NCBI GenBank assembly: GCA_035550795.1
Contig: DASZOL010000069.1
Location: forward strand, 3,942 to 67,941
Direction: 5' to 3'
Source: Candidatus Methylomirabilota bacterium
Lineage (GTDB): Bacteria; Methylomirabilota; Methylomirabilia; Rokubacteriales; DASRDR01
Length of the DNA stretch: 64,000 bases
Within the stretch, counting starts at the first letter, position 1; each line of letters starts with the position of its first letter. Positions 38,168-47,435 of this stretch are shown here, in pieces. The translations under genes were made by a program, and so were the position numbers. A model generated the notes under the pieces. It saw nothing but the letters and a program-made list of their open reading frames with translations, searched no databases and was not told where the DNA came from.

Positions 38168-39457
38168 GTGAACAGGCGCAGCATCCTCAAGCTGGCACTC
38201 TCGGCCCCGCTCCTGGCCTCAAGGCGAGCGTGGGGCCAGGCGAAGACGATCACGCTCTGGTATCCGGCCGGTGACATCACGGCGGGAGCGGCGCACTTCA
38301 GTGACAAGAGCTTCTTCGCGCCGTTCGAGGCGAAGACGGGCGTCAAGGTCGAGGCGGTGGGCCTCGACTACGACACGATGCAGCAGAAGATCTTCGCTGC
38401 CGCCGCCGCCAAGAACGTGGGTGACATCCTGTTCGTGGATGGCTCCTGGGTCCCCGGCTTCCTCAAGGAGGAGATGCTCGACGCCGTGCCCGACGCCCGG
38501 GCCAAGGCATGGCTCGATGCCGTCTCCCCGGAGATCCGCACCCTCTCCGACTACGGCAAGGGGCGGATGTGGGGGTACCCGCAGTACGGGATCGACATCT
38601 ACGGCCTCACCTGGAACAAGGAGCACTTCAAGCAGGCCGGCCTCGATCCCGAGAAGCCGCCGCGAACCTGGGATGAGTTCCGGGACTACGCGAAGAAGCT
38701 GACCAAGCGTGACGCGCAGGGGAACATCACGCGGGTCGGCTACGCGATCCGCCATGTCGGACACCCGCACGGCGTGGTGCACAAGCATTTCTGGGCGATC
38801 TACGGCGCCGGCGCGTCCCTGGTCGACGACCCCTTGGCGCTCCGCGGGGGCAAGGCGAACTTCAACAACGAGGGCGGGCGGGCCGCCCTGAAGCTCGTCC
38901 TCGACATGCTGGACGTCGACAAGTCCACGAGTCTGAACTTCCCGGATCCGCGCGCCGCCCTGCTCAAGGGTCTCGCCTCCATGCAGATCAGCGAGACCGT
39001 GTCGATCCACGAGCGGGCACCGAAGGAGGCCCCCGACCTCAAGTGGGGCCTCGCGGCACCGCCGGTCCGCAAGGCCGGCGACAAGCCCGTCACCATGCTC
39101 GGCAGCTGGCTCTACGCGGTGCCGAAGATCGCGAAGAACCGGGAAGCCGCCTGGCAGCTTCTCGAGTGGATCAACACGGCCGAGCAAGACTACGAGATGT
39201 GCAAGAAGTACGCGGCGACACCTCGCTACAAGGCCAACTGGGACAAGGAGCCGTTCAAGTCAAACGCCTACAACCAGGCGCTCAAGCAGATCTATCCCTA
39301 CGGCAAGCCGCTGCCGGTCAACCTCGGGCTCAACGGCGTGATGGACGCCATGGGCGCGGCCATCCAGAAGACCTGGCACCACGAGGCCAAGCTGGAGGAT
39401 GCTCTCGCCGAGGCCGAGCGGGCGGCCAACAAGGCGATCGCCGACGCCGCCAAGTAG
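38168..39457 (+). CDS. Carbohydrate ABC substrate-binding protein (family 1), Tat signal
   Basis: NRRSILKL twin-Arg; DPEKPPRTWDE; SD GGAGG. Confidence 0.9.
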   Translation: MNRRSILKLALSAPLLASRRAWGQAKTITLWYPAGDITAGAAHFSDKSFFAPFEAKTGVKVEAVGLDYDTMQQKIFAAAAAKNVGDILFVDGSWVPGFLKEEMLDAVPDARAKAWLDAVSPEIRTLSDYGKGRMWGYPQYGIDIYGLTWNKEHFKQAGLDPEKPPRTWDEFRDYAKKLTKRDAQGNITRVGYAIRHVGHPHGVVHKHFWAIYGAGASLVDDPLALRGGKANFNNEGGRAALKLVLDMLDVDKSTSLNFPDPRAALLKGLASMQISETVSIHERAPKEAPDLKWGLAAPPVRKAGDKPVTMLGSWLYAVPKIAKNREAAWQLLEWINTAEQDYEMCKKYAATPRYKANWDKEPFKSNAYNQALKQIYPYGKPLPVNLGLNGVMDAMGAAIQKTWHHEAKLEDALAEAERAANKAIADAAK

Positions 39458-39466
39458 CCGCGTGCT

Positions 39467-39498
39467 GAGCCCGGGGCGGGCCGTGCCGCCCCGGGCTC
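39467..39498 (+). other. Intercistronic 13-bp hairpin after the SBP gene
   Basis: GAGCCCGGGGCGG / CCGCCCCGGGCTC. Confidence 0.55.
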
Positions 39499-39568
39499 GC
39501 CGGAGCGCTCCGACCGGCGGTCCGCACCGGTCGGCCCGAGCGCCCCGGCGCCATCCTCCCGCTCCACG

Positions 39569-40471
39569 ATGCAGTCGACGCGCCGCCTGATCGCCCGGCT
39601 CCACGCCCGGCACGTCTGGCACGCTTACCTGTTCATCGCCCCGATCCTTCTGCTGTTCGGCGCGTTCCGCGTGGTGCCCTCGCTCCAGACCCTCTTCTAC
39701 AGCTTCTACCGCGTGGAGCTCCTGCGGGGCCGCTTCACCTTCACCGGGCTGGACAACTTCCGGGAGCTCCTCGCCGACCCCACCTTCCACCGCGCCGCCA
39801 CGAACACGCTGATCTACGTGTTGGTGATCGTGCCCGTGTCCGCCGCGCTGGGGCTCCTGTTCGCGGTGCTCTTCGACGCGAGGTTTCCCCTCCGCGAGCT
39901 CTTCAAGGCCCTCTACTTCGCGCCGATGGTCACCAGCACCGTCGCCGCCGCCGTGGTGTGGTGGTGGCTGTATAACCCGCAGTTCGGCCTCTTCAACGTG
40001 CTCCTGCGGCTGGTGGGCCTGCCCATCCAGCCGTGGCTGATGTCGAGCCGGACCGCTCTCATGTCGATCATTCTCTTCAGCATCTGGAAGGGGCTCGGCT
40101 ACAACATGGTCATCTACCTCGCGGGGCTCCAGGCGATCCCCGAGAGCTTCCTCGAAGCGGCACGCATCGACGGCGCCGGGGCCTTCCAGCGATTCCGCCG
40201 AATCACGCTGCCACTGCTCGCGCCGACCACCGCGTTTCTCCTGATCTACAACTCGATCCAGGCCTTCCAGGTGTTCGACCAGGTCTTCGTGCTGACGAGC
40301 GGAGGTCCGGCCGGGTCGACCAACGTCGTCGTGCTCGACCTCTACCGCCAGGCCTTCGAGCGTTACAACTTCGGCTACGCGGCGGCCGAGGCGACCATCC
40401 TCTTCCTGCTGATCCTCGGCGTGACCGTGCTCCAGTACGTCTACAGCAAGCGCTACGAGGTCAGCTACTGA
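39569..40471 (+). CDS. Carbohydrate ABC permease (MalF/UgpA-like)
   Basis: FTGLDNF, YLAGLQAIP...EAARIDGA. Confidence 0.93.
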   Translation: MQSTRRLIARLHARHVWHAYLFIAPILLLFGAFRVVPSLQTLFYSFYRVELLRGRFTFTGLDNFRELLADPTFHRAATNTLIYVLVIVPVSAALGLLFAVLFDARFPLRELFKALYFAPMVTSTVAAAVVWWWLYNPQFGLFNVLLRLVGLPIQPWLMSSRTALMSIILFSIWKGLGYNMVIYLAGLQAIPESFLEAARIDGAGAFQRFRRITLPLLAPTTAFLLIYNSIQAFQVFDQVFVLTSGGPAGSTNVVVLDLYRQAFERYNFGYAAAEATILFLLILGVTVLQYVYSKRYEVSY

Positions 40472-40473
40472 CC

Positions 40474-41310
40474 ATGTGGGCGTCACCGCTCCGCGCACTC
40501 GGGACGCTCGGGCTGCTGGTCGTCGTGGCCGGCGTGGCCGTCATCATGATCTTGCCGTTCTACTGGATGCTCGTCACGGCGCTGAGCCCCGCCCCGGACG
40601 TCATGGCGTTCCCGCCGAAGTGGTGGCCCACGAGGATGACTCTCGAGCATTTCCAGTACGCCCTCCAAAAGGCGTCGTGGCTGACCTACTACTGGAACAG
40701 CCTCGTGGTGGGCGTGGTGTCGGTGGCCTGTTCGCTGGTCTTCGGGCTGTTCGCGGGCTACGCCTTCGCGGTCTACCGGTTCCCGCTCCAGAACGTGCTG
40801 TTCCTCCTGATCCTGAGCACGCTGATGGTGCCCGTCCAGGTGACCTCGGTGGCGCTCTACGTCCTGCTCTCGCGGATCGGCTGGGTGGACACCTACGCGG
40901 GGATCCTGGCGCCGAACTTCGCGAGCGCATTCGGCGTCTTCCTCCTGCGCCAGGCCATCCGGCAGATCCCGACCGAGCTCATCGAGGCGGCGCGGATCGA
41001 CGGCGCCGGCGAGATCCGGATCGTGCTGACCCTCATCTCGCCGCTCGTCCGCACCATGCTCGCCACTGTCGCGATGATCCTGTTCCTCGGCTCCTGGAAC
41101 GACTTCCTGTGGCCGGTCATCGTCATCAACTCGGCGGACCTCCGCACGCTCCCCGTCGGAATGGCGCTCTTCAAGGATCCCTACGGGAACATCAACTACG
41201 GGCCGCTGATGGCCGCCGCCGTGATCTCCACGGGGCCGATGCTCGTCGCTTACGCCCTCTCCCAGAAGTTCATGATTCGCGGTATCGCGACGACCGGCCT
41301 CAAGGGCTGA
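40474..41310 (+). CDS. Carbohydrate ABC permease (MalG/UgpE-like)
   Basis: IPTELIEAARIDGA, WNDFLWP, TTGLKG. Confidence 0.93.
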   Translation: MWASPLRALGTLGLLVVVAGVAVIMILPFYWMLVTALSPAPDVMAFPPKWWPTRMTLEHFQYALQKASWLTYYWNSLVVGVVSVACSLVFGLFAGYAFAVYRFPLQNVLFLLILSTLMVPVQVTSVALYVLLSRIGWVDTYAGILAPNFASAFGVFLLRQAIRQIPTELIEAARIDGAGEIRIVLTLISPLVRTMLATVAMILFLGSWNDFLWPVIVINSADLRTLPVGMALFKDPYGNINYGPLMAAAVISTGPMLVAYALSQKFMIRGIATTGLKG

Positions 41311-41335
41311 CGGGCGGGCGCGGGCAGGATATGAT
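41307..41335 (+). promoter_or_regulatory. Internal promoter CTGACG-17-TATGAT for SDR-aminotransferase
   Basis: Near-consensus -10, exact spacing. Confidence 0.5.
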
Positions 41336-41454
41336 CGGGAACGGCGTCCGTCCGGGCCCGCCGGTCAGCGGCTCCCGTCGGGGACGCGGGAGGACCGGGT
41401 GAGCCCACAGGCCGAAGGCCGTACGATCAACTGCGGCGGGACCTGGATTGCCCC

Positions 41455-42240
41455 GTGAGCGACGGCGGGCACGGGACGTGGGACGAGCCGCGCGTGGCGC
41501 TGGTGACAGGCGGCGCGGCGGGGATCGGCCGCGCGGAGTCGCTGGCGCTCGCCGAGGCCGGAGCCGACGTGGCGATCCTGGCCCACACGGATGTGACGGG
41601 CGCCGAGGAGACGGTGCAGCGATGCCGCGCCGCCGGCCGCCGGGCGCTGGTCGTTCGCGCGGACGTGCGCCGGTCGGACGAGGTGCGCCAGGCCGTCGCG
41701 GAGGTGGTCCGGGGCCTCGGCCGGCTCGACATCCTCGTCAACAATGCGGGGGCCCTCGGCGCCCAGCTCAACGTGCCCCTGCTCGAGCTCGACGAGGCCA
41801 CCTGGCACCTCATGATGGACTCGCATCTCACCGGGACGTTCCTCTGCTTGAAGCACGCGGCGCCTCACATGGTGCGCCAGCGCTGGGGCCGGATCATCAA
41901 CACGTCGTCCATCCACGGCCGCATCGGCGGGCGGCCGACGCTCGGCCACTACGGGGCCGCGAAGGCGGGCGTGATCGCCCTCACCCGGACGGCTGCGCGG
42001 GAGCTGGGGCCGCACGGGATCACCGTCAACGCGGTGTCGCCCGGTTACGTGGCCACCGAGCGCCTCGGCACCACCCTGCCCCAGGAACGCCTCGACGCGC
42101 TCGCGCGGCAGATCCCGGTCGGCCGCATCGGCACGCCGGCGGAGATCGGTGCCGCGGTGGTCTTCCTTGCCTCCGACGGCGCCGCCTTTGTGAACGGCGC
42201 CGTCCTCGATATCAACGGCGGCCGGATGGAGTACGTCTGA
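41455..42240 (+). CDS. Short-chain dehydrogenase/reductase (FabG-like)
   Basis: TGGAAGIG, NNAG, YGAAK. Confidence 0.93.
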   Translation: MSDGGHGTWDEPRVALVTGGAAGIGRAESLALAEAGADVAILAHTDVTGAEETVQRCRAAGRRALVVRADVRRSDEVRQAVAEVVRGLGRLDILVNNAGALGAQLNVPLLELDEATWHLMMDSHLTGTFLCLKHAAPHMVRQRWGRIINTSSIHGRIGGRPTLGHYGAAKAGVIALTRTAARELGPHGITVNAVSPGYVATERLGTTLPQERLDALARQIPVGRIGTPAEIGAAVVFLASDGAAFVNGAVLDINGGRMEYV

Positions 42241-42282
42241 CCGGCCCCGCGTCCTGAACCCCCCGACACAGGAGGAGTCGCC

Positions 42283-43623
42283 GTGCAGCAGTCATCGTTC
42301 ACCCCCCAGCAGCTCGCCGAGCTCCAGAGCCACGTCGGCTATGGCGCCACCTGGCTCGGGCCGGTGCTGGTCACCGGTCAGGGCTCCCGCGTCACCGACA
42401 TCGAGGGCAAGTCGTACATCGACTGCACCGCGCAAGCGTGGACGCTGGCCCTCGGCTACAACCACCCCGAGGTGATGGAGGCGGCATTCGCCCAGATGCG
42501 GTCCCTGCCCCACGTCCGCGCGGGCTTTCCCACGCTGCCGCGGCTCCAGCTCGCCAAGCGGCTGGCCGAGATCTGCCCCGGCCACCTGAACATCGTGACC
42601 TACGCGCCGACCGGCTCGCTCGGCATCGAGTCGGCGATGAAGCTCGCGATGATCAACCGGCCCGCGGCGCACCGGTTCGTGACCTTCTATCACGCGTACC
42701 ACGGGAACACCCTGGCGACGATGGCGGCGTCGTGGAGCCCGACCCGCACGTCCGGCGCCTACGGCCCCGGGACGAAGTTCATGCCGTTCATGCACAACTT
42801 CGTCCGGGTGCCCAATCCCTACGCATACCGCTGCTGGCGGCGTGCCCAGCACGCGCCCGACGGGCAGTGCGACGCCGGGTGCGCGGCGCCGATCCGGGAC
42901 ACGCTCCAGCGCGGAGTGGACGGCCCGGTGGCGGCGATCATGATGGAGCCGATCCAGGGCAACGGCGGCGGCATCGTGTTCCCGGCCGCCTTCGTGCGCG
43001 AGCTGCGCCGCATCGCCGACGAGTTCGGCGCGCTCCTGATCTTCGACGAGATCCAGACGGCCTTCGGTCGGACGGGCCGGATGTTCGCGGCCGAGCGGCT
43101 CGGCGTGACACCGGACATCATGGTCCTGTCCAAGGCGCTCGGGGGCGGCTTCCCGCTGGCCGCCGTCGTCGCCGACGACCGCCTGAAGCAGTTCGAGCCC
43201 ACGGGCGAGGACGTCTACACGTTCGGCTCGAACCCGATCGCCCAGGCCGCCGCGCTCAAGGTGATCGAGATCCTCGAGCGCGACCGCATCCCCGAGCACG
43301 CCGCCCGGATGGGGGCGCTCTTCACCCGGGGACTCAAGGCGCTCCAGGCCGAGTACCCCCAGATCGGCGACATCCGGGGGCCGGGACTCTTCCTCGGCGT
43401 GGAGCTCGTGACGGATCCGCAGACCCGGGAGCCGGCGGCCGCCGAGGCGAAGCGTCTGGTCGCCGAGGCCTGGCAGCGCGGCGTCATCCTGGCGACGGCG
43501 GCGGCGCTCCCGAACGTGATCAAGATCAAGCCGCCACTCGTCATCGACGAGGGCGAGGTCGAGACGGTGCTCGGGGTGCTGGCGGACTGCCTGAAGGTCG
43601 TCTTCCCGGATCGCCGGTCCTGA
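42283..43623 (+). CDS. Class III aminotransferase (4-aminobutyrate aminotransferase-like)
   Basis: AYHGNT, EPIQGNGG, FDEIQTAFGRTG, SKALGGG; SD GGAGGAG. Confidence 0.92.
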   Translation: MQQSSFTPQQLAELQSHVGYGATWLGPVLVTGQGSRVTDIEGKSYIDCTAQAWTLALGYNHPEVMEAAFAQMRSLPHVRAGFPTLPRLQLAKRLAEICPGHLNIVTYAPTGSLGIESAMKLAMINRPAAHRFVTFYHAYHGNTLATMAASWSPTRTSGAYGPGTKFMPFMHNFVRVPNPYAYRCWRRAQHAPDGQCDAGCAAPIRDTLQRGVDGPVAAIMMEPIQGNGGGIVFPAAFVRELRRIADEFGALLIFDEIQTAFGRTGRMFAAERLGVTPDIMVLSKALGGGFPLAAVVADDRLKQFEPTGEDVYTFGSNPIAQAAALKVIEILERDRIPEHAARMGALFTRGLKALQAEYPQIGDIRGPGLFLGVELVTDPQTREPAAAEAKRLVAEAWQRGVILATAAALPNVIKIKPPLVIDEGEVETVLGVLADCLKVVFPDRRS

Positions 43624-43629
43624 GGGAAC

Positions 43630-43850
43630 CGGCCAGGCTCACTGCGGGGGGCAGATCGAATCCCCGGGAATCCGGGACCGAGCCCTCCGGAGACCGGTCG
43701 GGCCTCGCGTGCGCCCCGCATCGGTTCCGGGCGCCGAACAAGCCATCCGGCGAGGCGGTGCCAAACGTCTGCAGCCGGCTGGCCGTCCGTCGTCGGGGAC
43801 GGGCCCACGCTGCGTCAGGCTCACGCGCACGAGCGACCGAGTCCGCTCAC
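43630..43850 (-). ncRNA. Candidate structured small RNA
   Basis: TATGAT box at 43851-43856 points into a gene-free gap between convergent genes; long terminal stem and sub-hairpins. Confidence 0.45.
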
Positions 43851-43885
43851 ATCATAAGGCCCGCCGGGCGCGCGCAACGCCCGGG

Positions 43886-44080
43886 TCAGGCGTCGCGAGC
43901 GGCGCCGGGCGCCGCGCCTGGCTCGTAGCCCGCGCATGCGAGCCGCGGCAGCCGGGGGTACCGGGGGAAGGCGGGATCGGTCTCTGCGCGCCGGCACAGG
44001 AAGAACACGGCGCCGCGCGCGCTCGGCACGCGGCGCATCCAGCGGCAGTCCGCGCAGAGCCCCGCGCGCGCCCGGTCCAC
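43886..44080 (-). CDS. 64-aa Cys-containing small hypothetical protein
   Basis: GLCADC...FFLCRRAETDPAFPRYPRLP..AC.GYE. Confidence 0.7.
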   Translation of the reverse strand: MDRARAGLCADCRWMRRVPSARGAVFFLCRRAETDPAFPRYPRLPRLACAGYEPGAAPGAARDA

Positions 44081-44142
44081 GGCGGCCGCGGCGCTGGCCG
44101 GCGATCCCGGATCGCGCGCGGGCCGCTCCGCGTCCGACGTGG

Positions 44143-44529
44143 TCAGCGCTCCGAGCCGCTGCCGCGGGGTCCCAGCCAGGGATCGAGGGCGTCGTAGCCG
44201 CTGGGCTCGCGCGGCGGCGGTCCCCAGGGGTACGGCACGTGCCGGTACGGTGCGCCCGGCGAAACGTCCCACGGGCGCGCGCCGGGCGGGGCGCCCGGTC
44301 GCGCGACCTCCACGAGCGCGCCAGCGTAGACAGCCCCGCCCGCGCCGCGACAGCTCCACCGCCCGTCCGGAAGCTGGCTTGGCCGCGCGTCGCACAGGTA
44401 CACCATTCCGACGGCGTCCTGGATCGCCGGCCATGCCGCGGCTGCGGCCGGGATCCATGGGAGGGTCAGGAGCAGCAGGCGCGCCAGGCCCGGGGCACTC
44501 CGCACCCCCGGTGACCACCTCGATCTCAT
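44143..44529 (-). CDS. Hypothetical exported protein
   Basis: Hydrophobic signal-like segment, two Cys, Pro-rich tail; start uncertain. Confidence 0.5.
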   Translation of the reverse strand: MRSRWSPGVRSAPGLARLLLLTLPWIPAAAAAWPAIQDAVGMVYLCDARPSQLPDGRWSCRGAGGAVYAGALVEVARPGAPPGARPWDVSPGAPYRHVPYPWGPPPREPSGYDALDPWLGPRGSGSER

Positions 44530-44566
44530 CGTGCGACGTCCGGCGCGGGGCGCTCCCCGGGGGCGC

Positions 44567-45340
44567 TCAGGCCGACCCCAGGTACGCCTTCTGGATGAGC
44601 GGGTTCTCGAGCAGCTCCTTGGCCGTGCCGGCGAGGACCACCTCGCCCATCTGGAGCACGTAGCCCCGGTTGGCGATGGACAGGGCCATGTTCACGTTCT
44701 GCTCGACCACGAACACGGTCGTTCCCTGCTGGTTGATCGCCTTGATGATGTCGAACACCTGCTCGACGTACCCCGGCGACAGGCCCATCGACGGCTCGTC
44801 CATGCAGAGGAGCGTCGGGTTCGCCATGAGGGCGCGCCCGATGGCGAGCATCTGCTGCTCGCCGCCGGACATCGTCCCGGCGAGCTGGCTCCGGCGCTCC
44901 TTGAGGACGGGGAACAGCCCGAAGACCCGGTCGAGCTCCGCCTCCCAGCCCGGCTCGCCGCGGCGCGTGTACCGCCCCATCTCCAGGTTCTCGATGACCG
45001 ACATGCGCGGGAACACCCGGCGGGCCTCGGGCACCGGCGCAATGCCGCGCCGGACGATCTCGCTCGTGCGGAGCGTGTGGATCGTCTCGCCCCGGAAGGT
45101 CACCGTGCCCTGGGCCGGGCGTACCAGGCCGAGCACGGTCTTCATCGTCGTCGACTTGCCCGAGGCGTTCCCGCCGAGAAGCGACACGATCTCGCCCTCG
45201 CGGATCTCGTAGCTCACGCCCTTCAGCACGTGGAGCGGCCCGTAGTACGTGTGGACGTCCGTGAACTGGAGGATCGGCTCGGCGGCCCCTGGCGGACGGC
45301 CGTCGGCGTGGGGCGGACGACCGTCGGTCTGCGAGCTCAC
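44567..45340 (-). CDS. livF: Branched-chain amino acid ABC ATP-binding protein
   Basis: GGNASGKST, MSGGEQQMLAIGRALM, DEPSMGL. Confidence 0.9.
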   Translation of the reverse strand: MSSQTDGRPPHADGRPPGAAEPILQFTDVHTYYGPLHVLKGVSYEIREGEIVSLLGGNASGKSTTMKTVLGLVRPAQGTVTFRGETIHTLRTSEIVRRGIAPVPEARRVFPRMSVIENLEMGRYTRRGEPGWEAELDRVFGLFPVLKERRSQLAGTMSGGEQQMLAIGRALMANPTLLCMDEPSMGLSPGYVEQVFDIIKAINQQGTTVFVVEQNVNMALSIANRGYVLQMGEVVLAGTAKELLENPLIQKAYLGSA

Positions 45341-45416
45341 GGGGCGACCCGGCCGGACGGGCTTCGGCCGGGGGGACTCGATCGGACGGCCTTCGGCCTG
45401 TGGCGGCCGGGGGAAC

Positions 45417-47435
45417 TCACGCGGCCCGCCTCCGGCGGCCGAGATACGCCTCGATCACCTTCTCGTCGTTGCGGACCTGCACGGGCTTGCCCTCGGCGAT
45501 CTTGACCCCGTGGTCCAGCACGACCACCCGGTCCGAGACGTCCATGACCACGTCGAGCTTGTGCTCGATCAGGACGATGGTGATGCCGAGCGTCCGCAGC
45601 GCCTTCACGAGGTCCATCAGCTCGAGGGTCTCCGCGGGGTTCATGCCCGCCGCCGGCTCGTCGAGCAGGAGCAGCTTCGGGCGGGTCATGATGGCCCGCG
45701 CGATCTCCGTCCGCCGCCGGTTCGCGTAGGAAAGGCCATACACGGGGTGGTCCAGCCGGGGGATCAGGCGGTTGCCGAAGAGGTCCAGCACCTCGAGCGC
45801 GCTCTCGACGGCTCGCCGCTCCTCCTCGCGCACCCGCGGGGGTCGGAAGATCGCCCCCAGCGGGCCCGCCCGGAGCCGCGTGTGCTCCCCCACCAGCATG
45901 TTCTCGAGCACGGAGAGGTTGTTGAACAACCGGATGTTCTGGAACGTGCGCGCCACCCCTCGCTGGACGATCTCGTGGGCCCTGAGCCCGCTGATCACCT
46001 CGCCCTCGAGCCGGATGACCCCGGCGTCGCGCGGCGCGAGCCCCGTGATCAGGTTGAAGAGCGTCGTCTTGCCCGAGCCGTTGGGGCCGATGACGCTCAG
46101 GATCTCCCCGGCGCGGACCGTGAGGTCGATCGAGTCCGCGGCGGCGACGCCGCCGAACCGCTTGGTGAGTCCCTCGATCTCGAGCAGGGGACGCGGGGAC
46201 GCGCCGGCGGGCTTCGGATCGGCCCACGAGAGCGTGACGGTCGTGCCCCGCGACGGCAGCGCCGCCTGCTGCTCCCGCGTGAGCGCCGACACCCGGCGGA
46301 CGGACGGGAAGAGTCCCTCGCGGCGGAAGAGCATCATGAGGACGAGGATCACCCCGAAGATGAGCTCGAGCGAGTTGATCAGCTGCAGCTTGGCCAGCCA
46401 GCCGCTTCCGATCTGGCGGCCGAGCGCGTTCACGTAGCCGGTCAGCTCCTGAAGAATGGTGGACTGCAGGAACGAAAGGACCAGGGCGGCGATGACCACA
46501 CCGCGCACCGAGCCCATCCCGCCGAGCACCACCATCACCAGGATCATCACCGAGACGGGGAACCGGAACATGTCGGGCGTGGCCGTCGTCAGCTTCGCCA
46601 CGTAGAAGACGCCCGCGAGCCCCCCGACCGCCGCGCCCATCGCGAACGCCAGGAGCTTGTAGTGGACGTGGCTCACGCCCATGGCGCCCGCCGCCAGCTC
46701 GTCCTCCCGGATGGCCATCCACGCCCGCCCGACGCGCGACTCCTGGAGCCGCAGCGACACGACGACCGCGAGGGCGACGAGCCCCAGGCCCAGGAAGTAG
46801 TAGGGCAGTGGACTGAAACCGAAGTCGAACCCGAACAGGCGCGGCGTGCGCACCCCTGGCAAGCCCATCGCTCCGTTCGTCAGCCCCTCCAGGTTCAGCG
46901 CGAGGACGGGCACGATCTCGCCGAACCCGAGCGTGACGATGGCCAGGTAGTCGCCGCGCAGCCGGAGCGTCGGGGCGCCGAAGAGCACGCCGAACACCGC
47001 GCAGATCAGCGCCCCCACGAGGAGCATGAACCAGAAGGAGAAGTGGAGCTGCACGATGTCGGGCTGCCCGTCCACCGGCACCCGGCTGACCTGACCCAGC
47101 CACACGAGCGGCGCCCACGCCTCCGACCAGGCGGGCTTGAGCTGGAAGGAGGCGGCGGCCCCGTACGTGTACGCCCCGATCGCGAAGAACGCCGCATAGC
47201 CGAGGTCCAGAAGCCCGGCGAATCCGACGACGATGTTCAGCCCGAGGGCCAGCAGGACGTAGGTGTACGCGTTGGCCGCGGCGTCGACGTGGCTGGGGTT
47301 GACTCCGGTGAAGGGGAAGGCCAGCGCCAGCGCGAGCAGGACCACCGACAGGAGCTGCCGCCGGCGCCCCAGGGGGATCGCGCGCCAGCGCGCCAGCGCG
47401 GGGCTCGTCGCCGCCCAGGAGGTCTCCGTGTCCAT
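45417..47435 (-). CDS. Fused LivM permease / LivG ATPase
   Basis: GLLDLGYAAFF, GDYLAIVTLGFGE; then GPNGSGKTT, LLLDEPAAG, VIEAYLG. Confidence 0.9.
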   Translation of the reverse strand: MDTETSWAATSPALARWRAIPLGRRRQLLSVVLLALALAFPFTGVNPSHVDAAANAYTYVLLALGLNIVVGFAGLLDLGYAAFFAIGAYTYGAAASFQLKPAWSEAWAPLVWLGQVSRVPVDGQPDIVQLHFSFWFMLLVGALICAVFGVLFGAPTLRLRGDYLAIVTLGFGEIVPVLALNLEGLTNGAMGLPGVRTPRLFGFDFGFSPLPYYFLGLGLVALAVVVSLRLQESRVGRAWMAIREDELAAGAMGVSHVHYKLLAFAMGAAVGGLAGVFYVAKLTTATPDMFRFPVSVMILVMVVLGGMGSVRGVVIAALVLSFLQSTILQELTGYVNALGRQIGSGWLAKLQLINSLELIFGVILVLMMLFRREGLFPSVRRVSALTREQQAALPSRGTTVTLSWADPKPAGASPRPLLEIEGLTKRFGGVAAADSIDLTVRAGEILSVIGPNGSGKTTLFNLITGLAPRDAGVIRLEGEVISGLRAHEIVQRGVARTFQNIRLFNNLSVLENMLVGEHTRLRAGPLGAIFRPPRVREEERRAVESALEVLDLFGNRLIPRLDHPVYGLSYANRRRTEIARAIMTRPKLLLLDEPAAGMNPAETLELMDLVKALRTLGITIVLIEHKLDVVMDVSDRVVVLDHGVKIAEGKPVQVRNDEKVIEAYLGRRRRAA

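Noticed and set aside
43646-43670. GGGG...GATCGAATCCCC resembling a tRNA T-arm
   Set aside because: Loop is ATCGAAT rather than TTCGAAT; no 5-bp T-stem, cloverleaf or CCA end.
43740-43790. GGTGCCAAA...CTGCAG resembling a SAM-I riboswitch segment
   Set aside because: The AUCxAGAG, GGCAAC and P1 elements are missing, and no downstream gene lies on that strand.
45270-45400. Short degenerate GACGGCCGTCCG repeats at the livG/livF junction
   Set aside because: Only 2-3 imperfect copies encoding a low-complexity N-terminus; not CRISPR- or REP-like.
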